From: Candidatus Bathyarchaeota archaeon | GTDB taxonomy: Archaea; Thermoproteota; Bathyarchaeia; Bathyarchaeales; Bathycorpusculaceae | Direction of reading: 5' to 3' | Length of the DNA: 64,000 nt | Assembly: GCA_029907545.1 (NCBI GenBank) | Contig: JARYLR010000003.1 | Location: forward strand, 23,090 to 87,089 | In this document: one piece after another, positions 56,765 to 64,000 of the stretch | How positions within the stretch are numbered: the stretch's first letter is position 1 | How the letters are laid out: every line of letters starts with the position of its first letter | Position numbers and translations under genes: made by a program | Notes under the pieces: model-generated | The model's input: only the letters and a program-made list of their open reading frames with translations | What the model was told of the DNA's origin: nothing | The model's database searches: none

Positions 56765-58738
56765 GTGCTAATCTCGGAAAACCCGTTTAACGTGTTCCAC
56801 CAAGAATGCGAAAACAGCTTACGCAAGGCTCTGGAAAAACTCTATCCAGAAACCCAACTAGCCGAGCTATCTCTTAAGAAGCCTCCGAATCCAGAATTCG
56901 GGCAACTAGCCTCCTCGCTATGCTTTGATCTTGCAAAGAAAAACGGCAAAAACCCCATCGTCTTGGCGAAACAGCTGGCCAAGAACTTGGACAAAACCCG
57001 ATTCTCATTAGTCAAACATGTTGACCCAGCAGGAGCAGGATACATAAACTTTCATCTAGATTTCGCAAAGTTCTCAGGTTTGACAATCGAGTCGGCAAGG
57101 CACTTTGACGCTGAATACGGCTTCGTGAAAACCAGCACCCCTATGAGAATCATCGTGGAGCATACAAGCGCCAACCCGCTCCACCCTCTGCATATCGGGC
57201 AGGCAAGAAACCCCGTGCTTGGCGACACTCTTGCGCGAATGCTCAAATCCAGAGGGCACACAGTTTTCAGGCACTTCTACATAGACGACGTAGGTCGCCA
57301 ATCTTCAGTTGTAGCCTATGGATACGCAAAGCTTGGCAAACCTGAACCAGACGAAAAACCCGATCACTTCATCGGCAAAATATACACCATCACAAGCTGC
57401 ATTGTCGAAATCGCCCGCCTTAAAAAGGAGCTCGAACAGGCAAAGCAAGCATCATCGACAGAGGCACTTCAGAAGATCAACAAGGAACTTGACGAATGGG
57501 TAGCCGTTGCCGCAGACCTGCAACAGAGATTTTCCGAGCTCTTCCGGAAACTGCATGACGAAATAAGCAAGGAAGAAAACCCCGAAAGAGCGATCAACCT
57601 TATAAACCAAGCTTACGAGACCCAAGACAAAAAGGCCATCGAGCTTAGCCGACATGTCACAGACCTGTGCCTCGAAGGCTTCAAACAGACGCTTAGCAGA
57701 ATCGACATCACCCACGATTCATGGGATTGGGAAAGCAGCTTCGTGTGGAGTGGACACGTAGCAGACGTTCTCCAGAAACTGAAAAGCTCTCCATACGTGT
57801 CCAAGATAGGCGGCATTCTAGAGTTTGAAGCTGGAAAAATCGTTGAAGATTTGGGATTGAAACCGAAACTCGGTCTAAGGGAAAGCTACGAAGTCCCATC
57901 CTTAACACTTGTGCGCTCTGACGGGACCACACTGTATACAACGCGGGATCTTGCCTACACTCTGTGGAAGTTTGAAAAAGCAGACAGGGTCATAAACGTC
58001 ATTGGAATGGAACAGAATCTGGCTCAGCTGCAGCTAAAAATAGGTTTGTACGCGCTGGGACGCCGCGAATGCGCTGAAAATCTTGTTCACTTTGCCTACA
58101 ATCTTGTGTCTCTCCCAAGCAGCAAGGCACAGGTTCGCAGCGAAAGAATCTCGAGCCGTATGGGTCGCTATATCACGTTTGACGAGGTTATGGACGAAGC
58201 CGTTCGCCGAGCTTTCGAAGAGGTTTCGAAGCGCTCCGCCGAGCTGTCAGAAAAGGAGAAGAAGCGTATTGCGGAGTTCGTAGGTATAGGTGCGGTTCGC
58301 TACGCGCTTGTTGCAGTTGACCCCCAGAAGCCTGTTGTTTTCACATGGGACAGAGTACTGGATTTTGAAAAGAACAGCGCACCTTATATTCAATATACGC
58401 ATGCGAGAGCTTGCAGCATACTCCGCAAAGCAGCCAGAGCGCCAGAGAAGCCAGACTATTCTCTGTTAACGGAGAAACTGGAACAAGAGATAGTCCTAGC
58501 TTTAGCCGAGTTTCCAGACACTTTCGTCGAGGCAACAGAGTTCTTGAAACCTAGCGCAATCGCCGAATTTGCAGTTCTCCTAGCTGACAAATTCAATACT
58601 TTCTACAACGCGTTACCCGTCATAAAAGCTGAGCCACCGCAACTCAGTGATGCACGATTGGCTTTGGTTGACGCTGTAAGGATAGTGCTTAGAAATGCGC
58701 TTTCAGTGATAGGCATAGTCGCTCCTGAGAGGATGTAA
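56765..58738 (+). CDS. argS: arginine--tRNA ligase
   Basis: 657 aa with a GTG start. It has a HIGH-type motif (HTSANPLHPLHIGQARN) and a DALR anticodon-binding C-terminal domain ending ...APERM. Confidence 0.92.
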   Translation: MLISENPFNVFHQECENSLRKALEKLYPETQLAELSLKKPPNPEFGQLASSLCFDLAKKNGKNPIVLAKQLAKNLDKTRFSLVKHVDPAGAGYINFHLDFAKFSGLTIESARHFDAEYGFVKTSTPMRIIVEHTSANPLHPLHIGQARNPVLGDTLARMLKSRGHTVFRHFYIDDVGRQSSVVAYGYAKLGKPEPDEKPDHFIGKIYTITSCIVEIARLKKELEQAKQASSTEALQKINKELDEWVAVAADLQQRFSELFRKLHDEISKEENPERAINLINQAYETQDKKAIELSRHVTDLCLEGFKQTLSRIDITHDSWDWESSFVWSGHVADVLQKLKSSPYVSKIGGILEFEAGKIVEDLGLKPKLGLRESYEVPSLTLVRSDGTTLYTTRDLAYTLWKFEKADRVINVIGMEQNLAQLQLKIGLYALGRRECAENLVHFAYNLVSLPSSKAQVRSERISSRMGRYITFDEVMDEAVRRAFEEVSKRSAELSEKEKKRIAEFVGIGAVRYALVAVDPQKPVVFTWDRVLDFEKNSAPYIQYTHARACSILRKAARAPEKPDYSLLTEKLEQEIVLALAEFPDTFVEATEFLKPSAIAEFAVLLADKFNTFYNALPVIKAEPPQLSDARLALVDAVRIVLRNALSVIGIVAPERM

Positions 58739-58744
58739 TGAACC

Positions 58745-59425
58745 TTAAGAAGCACCCTTGATTATCGCAGTTGCTGTGCTGGTTCCTATACGGTTTGCGC
58801 CTGCAGCAATCATCTTCAAAGCGTCAACGTACGTGCGAATGCCTCCTGAAGCTTTAACACCCATGCGTTCTTTTACAGTTTTCCGCATCAGCTTGACATC
58901 AGCAACAGTTGCACCTTTACCATACAAGCCTGTTGATGTTTTCACGAAATCTGCTCCTGCATCTTTTGCAAGCTTGCAGGCAATTACTTTTTCTTCCCTA
59001 GTCAATAGGGCAGTCTCGATTATCACCTTGACGACTACTTCCTTAGAAAGCTGCTTAATGTTGGCAACTGCTTCTATGTCTCGCTTTGTGGTGCTGTAGT
59101 CTCCTGATTTTAAGAGGCTAAGATTAATAACCATATCGAGTTCGCGTGCGCCATCTTCGAAGGCTCTGGTTGCTTCTATAGCTTTGACCTCTGTTAATGA
59201 AGTGCCTATAGGAAACCCAACAGTTGAACATACTTTAACGTCTGAATTTTTCAGTAATGTTGAAGCCAACTTCACGTAAACTGGATTAACACAGACACAG
59301 ACAAAACCGTAGCGAACAGCTTCGCTGCAAAGGTTTTCTATGTCTCTTCGCGTTGCTGTTGCCTTAACATTAGTAGAATCAAGCATCTTCGCCAACTGCT
59401 TTTTAGAGATAACGATCGTTCTCAC
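58745..59425 (-). CDS. deoC: deoxyribose-phosphate aldolase
   Basis: 226 aa. Motifs: VCVNP, VKVIIETALLT, FVKTSTG, VKASGGIRT. Confidence 0.9.
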   Translation of the reverse strand: MRTIVISKKQLAKMLDSTNVKATATRRDIENLCSEAVRYGFVCVCVNPVYVKLASTLLKNSDVKVCSTVGFPIGTSLTEVKAIEATRAFEDGARELDMVINLSLLKSGDYSTTKRDIEAVANIKQLSKEVVVKVIIETALLTREEKVIACKLAKDAGADFVKTSTGLYGKGATVADVKLMRKTVKERMGVKASGGIRTYVDALKMIAAGANRIGTSTATAIIKGAS

Positions 59426-59461
59426 CCATTGATGTTATGCGTATGTCAAGGCTATTTAGAT

Positions 59462-59796
59462 CTAGCGCTGTTTAAAAGAGGCGCTGCCAGCTGTGGATAG
59501 AACGTAATTTACACATTCCACGAATTCGCATGGTTTCTTTATTTCTCTGACCCCGAGTTTGCGGCAAAGACTTTTAATTATCGCTTTCTCAACGACTTGA
59601 GCGCCCTGACCGAAGATTTTTTCTAAGCCCTCGGCAAAACTTGGAAGGCGATCCGGAATGTCTTTTTTGTCAAGAGACATTAGGTTCTCTAGGTGATGGT
59701 AGATTGCTTTTCTGAGCTCTCTCCGAGGATTAGCAGTCCCTCGTCTATTGCTTCACAAAGAACTTGCCTTGTTTGCTCATCCATGTCGAACGACAT
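59462..59796 (-). pseudogene. small conserved-looking archaeal protein split by a frameshift at an A4 run
   Basis: Own translation. Frame A from ATG 59796 gives MSFDMDEQTRQVLCEAIDEGLLILGESSEKQSTIT*. The frame of track ORF 59462-59680 stays open upstream as ...RKAIYHHLENLMSLDKKDIPDRLPSFAEGLEKIFGQGAQVVEKAI... One extra A in GAAAAG would join them into about 110 aa (...GESSEKAIYHHLENL...). Confidence 0.5.
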
Positions 59797-59810
59797 TTCT
59801 GCGCCCCAGC

Positions 59811-60557
59811 CTACAGCTCCTTCATGTGGCTGTAAAAAGCTAACATGAAGAACAGGTATCCATATAGATACAAAAGGTCAATTGCATGCCCATTGTAGTA
59901 CGCGCCTTGAGCAGTTACGTAGCTGAAGAGGAAGTCCCCACAGACGTTTGAAAAGATTCCCGCATTGATGAAAAGCCATGGCTTTCCAAGTCTTCCCTCT
60001 TGAAAGACCGCTAGACCCAGAAACGCTGCAGATAACAACGCAAGGTCAAGAAGAGGATAAGCAAAATCCACAGCCAAAGTAGCTAAGTCTTCTTCAACTC
60101 CTATAAGCGGGATTACTAAACCAGCTGAAACCAAAACACTTAGAACCGCAATTATAGCCATAACAATGCTAAGTGTTCGCTTGGTCAACGCCGATGCGAA
60201 GATTTTAACATACAGATATAGCGCTGCAAAAAACGGTGCGTAACCGCTCAGCCAGAAAATATCTGCAATTGATGGATAAGGAATCTCGATGTTTAAAACG
60301 AAGTTGTAGAATGCCCAAGCGAATTCTCCTAGAAACCAAAGCATCATACCCAAGGCGAAGCAAAGCCACACCGCGAAAAACCTTTTCGAATCGCGCCCAT
60401 AGCGGCGCAAAGCGAGAAAAGCGAGAACAGTCGCAGCTCCTGCGATGACTGGCGGAAAGACATTAGAAAGAGGCCCCATAAGATCCGGATAGAACCCTTG
60501 AAAAGCAAAAACCAGTGTCAAACCAACTGCTAGCACAAAGGCAATTTTATGTATCAT
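59811..60557 (-). CDS. hypothetical polytopic membrane protein (about 7-8 TM)
   Basis: 248-aa hydrophobic ORF. No catalytic motif recognised. Confidence 0.6.
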   Translation of the reverse strand: MIHKIAFVLAVGLTLVFAFQGFYPDLMGPLSNVFPPVIAGAATVLAFLALRRYGRDSKRFFAVWLCFALGMMLWFLGEFAWAFYNFVLNIEIPYPSIADIFWLSGYAPFFAALYLYVKIFASALTKRTLSIVMAIIAVLSVLVSAGLVIPLIGVEEDLATLAVDFAYPLLDLALLSAAFLGLAVFQEGRLGKPWLFINAGIFSNVCGDFLFSYVTAQGAYYNGHAIDLLYLYGYLFFMLAFYSHMKEL

Positions 60558-60742
60558 GCAGTAGCCTCTTGTTTTGATTTCTCAGAGCTTCCTTAAGGCT
60601 TGTGAATTGTAAATATGAATCAGCCAAAGTAGTAATATCTCACTTGTCAAAAAATCTACGGAGTGCTGGATATGAGGTTGCATGTAGTTTTACCCTACTG
60701 GCTGTTTCACCATTGCAACATCTCTCTTTCAAGGCGATAGAG

Positions 60743-60759
60743 CGAAAAGTTTCATATAT
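60743..60759 (+). promoter_or_regulatory. BRE/TATA-like element upstream of the DHS-like gene
   Basis: CGAAAAG-TTTCATATAT lies about 35-40 nt upstream of ATG 60792. Confidence 0.4.
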
Positions 60760-60791
60760 GGGTCAAGTAACGTAGAACGCGGTGCAGGATC

Positions 60792-61853
60792 ATGAACGAT
60801 TCATATTTCACAAGAAAAGTCGCACCCATAGAAGTCAAGGAAAAAAGCATCTCAAAACTTCTGGAGGAGATGAGCAGAACCGCTTATCAGGGAAGAAAGC
60901 TCGGAGAAGCAGTTGAAGTCTGGCACTCAATGCTGAAAGAAAAGAACCTGACAATCATAATGGGCTTCTCCGGCTCGATGAGCACAGCTGGACAGTGGAC
61001 AATAGTAAACTGGCTTATGAAAAATAGGTTCATCGACGTTCTCGTGTCAACAGGTGCAAACGTTTCAGAAGACATTGTTGACGCAATGGGACTTGGCTAC
61101 TGGCAGGGTAGCCACATGGTCAACGACGAGGCACTTCTGAAGGATGACGTGAATAGGTACTATGATGTTTTTGGCAAGGAAGTGGACTACCGTAAGATGG
61201 AAGAGGTGCTAACTGATTTCCTGTTAACCTTAAAAACAGACGTTTCCTACTCGTCAATGGAGCTTCTGTACCTGCTTGGCAAGTATCTCAGCAAAAAGAA
61301 GATCAGAAGCATCGCTGCAGTGGCCGCGGAAAATGGAGTTCCGATCTTTTGTCCAGCAATCTCTGACAGCGCTTACGGTGAAGCATTTCTGATGGCGAAG
61401 AACGCGGGACACCAGATCCAGCTTGACCAGGTAAAAGAGTTCGACCAGTTCGTCAGCATCGGTGAAAAAGCCAAAGACATCGGCGTAGTCTACATTGGAG
61501 GCGGAGTGCCGAAGGATTTTACGCAGCTAATTGCTATTTCAGTTTCGCCGAAGACAAAAGATGAAGGAGTGGCTGGAAGGGAAGGCTTCAAACGGAAGGG
61601 GCTGAAAGAGTATTATTATCCACACAAGTACGCCATCCAAATCACCACTGATTCACCTCAATGGGGAGGCTTGTCAGGTTGCACACTGGAAGAGGCGATC
61701 AGTTGGGGCAAGATTCACAGCGGCGGAAAAAGAGCGGTCTGCTACTGCGACGCAACAGTCGCCTTACCGCTTATCGCTCACGCACTTAACGAGAGAATCA
61801 AGTTTAAGCGGAAGGCTCCGGACATGTCGTGGCTTTTCAGTCAGATCACTTAG
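60792..61853 (+). CDS. deoxyhypusine synthase-like protein (divergent paralogue)
   Basis: 353 aa. It has the DS-family layout and keeps the catalytic-Lys block EEAISWGKI. The NAD-region motif is non-canonical (GGGVPKDF where canonical DHS has GGG-x-x-KHH, and STGANVSEDIVDAMG where canonical DHS has T(T/S)xGxxxxDL). It has an extra Lys/Glu-rich insertion (SPKTKDEGVAGREGFKRKGLKEYY). Confidence 0.78.
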   Translation: MNDSYFTRKVAPIEVKEKSISKLLEEMSRTAYQGRKLGEAVEVWHSMLKEKNLTIIMGFSGSMSTAGQWTIVNWLMKNRFIDVLVSTGANVSEDIVDAMGLGYWQGSHMVNDEALLKDDVNRYYDVFGKEVDYRKMEEVLTDFLLTLKTDVSYSSMELLYLLGKYLSKKKIRSIAAVAAENGVPIFCPAISDSAYGEAFLMAKNAGHQIQLDQVKEFDQFVSIGEKAKDIGVVYIGGGVPKDFTQLIAISVSPKTKDEGVAGREGFKRKGLKEYYYPHKYAIQITTDSPQWGGLSGCTLEEAISWGKIHSGGKRAVCYCDATVALPLIAHALNERIKFKRKAPDMSWLFSQIT

Positions 61854-62793
61854 CTTGCTTCGCTGCAAGCCTACTCAAGAGCGAACAGACCATTATAGGC
61901 ATAATCAGTGAAGCGTCACCTTCAACCATCACACGCTTTGCCCCGCTGCTTATTTTACCCCAAGAAACTGCCTCTCTCGGTCTCGCGCCTGAAAGGCTTC
62001 CATCCCACTCATCTGCTGTGCTCACGTAAACCGCGTAGTCAAGTCCGTCTTTGAACTGGTTCCACCACAACGTGTGATGCTTGGAGATTCCTCCTCCAAT
62101 CAGCAGTGCACCCGTCTTCTTGGCAACGAATACAGCGTCATTAAGTTCCTGAGAATCCTTCAACAAGTTGATTTTGAAATCATGATCCTGAGAAAAAAGC
62201 CAAAGCTGATATCCAACCGAGCCATCGGTGATTCCTGGCACGTAGACGGGTATCTTGTTTTTTGCTGCCCAGTAGAGGATTGAGCTGTCATTGCATATTC
62301 GCGTCCCAATCTCGCGGCACAGTTGGCTTGTTGAGAGTTCTTTGACTCCTTCCTTCCAGAGGCTTCTAAGCAGCGTGTCCATTTTCTTCTCTATTACTTC
62401 ACCGTAGCTTTCGTTTGGCACCAAGACGTTTCCTAGGCGATTGATTTTTCTTGCATGGAGATCGGAGTCATTCATCGTGAACGAGCCCTTATAGTAGTTT
62501 TTCCAGCATCGTGCAAGATCATGGTCAATTGTCCCGCATGTTGTGATGACGATGTCGACAAGTCTGCGTTTCACAAGCTCCTTCAGTACACCTCTGGTGC
62601 CTGTGGCAACAAGGTTTCCGGTGAACGAGAGAAATTTTGTGCAGTTCTCCTCGTGGATCATTTTCTCAAGAATCTCCACGCCTTTAGCTAGCTTTCCAGC
62701 AGTAAATCCCCAAGCATTTTCCATCTGCACCACGAGGTCGTCAACGCTCATTCTTTCAGAGAAGTCATAATCTTTAACGGGGTCTGTTAACAT
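61846..62793 (-). CDS. dys: deoxyhypusine synthase (canonical-looking)
   Basis: 315 aa. Motifs: TTCGTIDHDLARC, LIGGGISKHH, and the catalytic-Lys block REAVSWGKISSGAKRV. Convergent with the paralogue above and overlapping it by 8 nt. Confidence 0.88.
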   Translation of the reverse strand: MLTDPVKDYDFSERMSVDDLVVQMENAWGFTAGKLAKGVEILEKMIHEENCTKFLSFTGNLVATGTRGVLKELVKRRLVDIVITTCGTIDHDLARCWKNYYKGSFTMNDSDLHARKINRLGNVLVPNESYGEVIEKKMDTLLRSLWKEGVKELSTSQLCREIGTRICNDSSILYWAAKNKIPVYVPGITDGSVGYQLWLFSQDHDFKINLLKDSQELNDAVFVAKKTGALLIGGGISKHHTLWWNQFKDGLDYAVYVSTADEWDGSLSGARPREAVSWGKISSGAKRVMVEGDASLIMPIMVCSLLSRLAAKQAK

Positions 62794-62863
62794 GGTCTTC
62801 CCAGCTTCTTCTGTTTAGGATGAATTCGCATAATGGAGATAAATAGATGTCGAAACGTAGCTC

Positions 62864-64000
62864 TTACAGTGCAAGCTTGCGATCCGGCTCAAAAATACAT
62901 AACGCGGTAATTAAGAACATGGGTATTGTTAAAGCCATTGCCACATAGAAGGGCAATGGATAGTAAATGTTAAAAAACAAGTTACCCAAAAGCATACCAA
63001 CCCCTGTAAACACATAACCCATAAAATTCAAAAACCCTCTCACTTTACCCCTGTTTTGCGGTTCTACTAGACTGGCGGCAAGAGCCATGCCGGAAGACAT
63101 CACAAACAAGTGAACCATACCAAAAAGACACATAGCAACCATCAGAGACCAAAGACTCTGGTAGCTACCCACAAAGACAAGTGCAGCCGAAGCCAAAACC
63201 AGTGGACCTATCATTAGTGGAGTTTTCGGTCCAATTTTGTCCACCATTTTTCCCACAGGCATGGAGACAATGATCATCGTTAACAGAAGCGGAATAAACG
63301 TGAGCCACCATTGGCTTTCAGGTATCCCAAGTGCGTTTTTGGCGTACAGTGCGTTTATCACGCTTGTAAGAGCATTAGCAAACATCCACATGATCTGGAC
63401 AACAACAAGCCAAAGCACCGACCTTGGAATAGCCCTCCACACCCCAAAACTTTCCTTGATAGCCTGCGGATAGGATGAAATGAAATACCTGAAGCGAATA
63501 GGCTCCACATGTTCCATTGTCTCCTTCAACCTAAGCCTCCACACCGCCGCAATCAAAAACAGCGCCAAAACGATAAAGTATACAATCCGCATACTTGGAA
63601 CAAGCCCAAACTGCAACATCAAGAGCCCAGCAATAATCGGCCCTGGCGTGTTGAACGTCCCATGAATCATTTGGATCAACGAGGAACCTACTCCTCTGCG
63701 TTCCGGAGGAAGCGAATCCTGAACCATGGCGAAAAGGGCAGGCTGGTAAATGAGGCAGAGACTGTGAATTACGGTTCCCAGAAGTATGAAATGCCAACTT
63801 GGCGCCAACGCAAAAAAGATGAAAGAAAAAGCCATACCAAAAGTCATTGTTGTTATCAGCCATCGCCTTCCATATTTGTCGGCAAGATATCCTCCTGGAA
63901 AAGCCACTGCCGCCATTGCGAGGAAGTTGGCGAGTCCTATTATGCCTAGGGCTAGCGGGAACTCTTTTCCGCCTAGTTCTTGGACATAGTACTGGTAGTT
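62864..64000 (-). CDS. MFS transporter (5' end beyond the right edge of the window)
   Basis: The frame stays open from 63916 to 64000 (…NYQYYVQELGGKEFPLALGIIGLANFLAMAAVAFPGGYLADKYGRRW…). It is a paralogue of 29587-30885. Confidence 0.8.
   Translation of the reverse strand, partial: NYQYYVQELGGKEFPLALGIIGLANFLAMAAVAFPGGYLADKYGRRWLITTMTFGMAFSFIFFALAPSWHFILLGTVIHSLCLIYQPALFAMVQDSLPPERRGVGSSLIQMIHGTFNTPGPIIAGLLMLQFGLVPSMRIVYFIVLALFLIAAVWRLRLKETMEHVEPIRFRYFISSYPQAIKESFGVWRAIPRSVLWLVVVQIMWMFANALTSVINALYAKNALGIPESQWWLTFIPLLLTMIIVSMPVGKMVDKIGPKTPLMIGPLVLASAALVFVGSYQSLWSLMVAMCLFGMVHLFVMSSGMALAASLVEPQNRGKVRGFLNFMGYVFTGVGMLLGNLFFNIYYPLPFYVAMALTIPMFLITALCIFEPDRKLAL

Noticed and set aside
1-64000. Searched the intergenic regions by eye for tRNA/rRNA genes, CRISPR repeats, C/D-box sRNAs, IS elements and toxin-antitoxin or defence gene sets
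   Set aside because: No GC-rich cloverleaf-like segments or T-loop consensus were seen. There are no regularly spaced direct repeats, and no convincing RUGAUGA...CUGA pairs in non-coding DNA. No transposase, integrase, nuclease or ATPase defence signatures were seen. Small structured RNAs cannot be excluded without covariance-model searches.

Overview
Densely coding archaeal chromosomal window of about 60 genes. Archaeal markers are ribosomal proteins P0/P1/L1/L11 with Spt5 and SecE, tRNA-splicing endonuclease EndA, DGGGP synthase, archaeal-type D-aminoacyl-tRNA deacylase and prefoldin beta. I recognised no rRNA, tRNA, CRISPR array or transposase. Positions 1-17 kb form a C1/acetyl-CoA block: cooC-cooC-cdhA-B-C-D-E (acetyl-CoA decarbonylase/synthase), an FrhB-like F420 oxidoreductase, cofE, F420-dependent mtd, and an MtdA/MtdB-like dehydrogenase fused to an unknown N-terminal domain. 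This fits an H4MPT-type Wood-Ljungdahl archaeon, possibly Bathyarchaeia-like, but lineage is only a guess. Positions 17-45 kb are mostly housekeeping or transport: H+-PPase, P-type ATPase, SatP-Acs, wHTH-Hsp20, AsnRS, GlyRS, a CDF transporter, DGGGP synthase, EndA, Ino1 and PGI/PMI. The most unusual part is 45.8-50.9 kb. It is a visibly AT-richer stretch with decayed ORFs, small hypothetical genes, a dockerin-bearing secreted protein and a cohesin + InlB-B-repeat + dockerin protein. These sit around and inside the normally contiguous L11-L1-L10(P0)-L12(P1) ribosomal cluster, and the adjacent P0 lacks the usual C-terminal tail. Other points of interest are a divergent transcarbamylase, two convergent deoxyhypusine-synthase paralogues, a CDF transporter with three tandem cytoplasmic domains, and palindromic operator candidates. 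At least four genes are broken by what look like one-base deficits in homopolymer runs, so assembly indel error is a real possibility. All functional calls come from motif and family recognition by eye. No database search was run.
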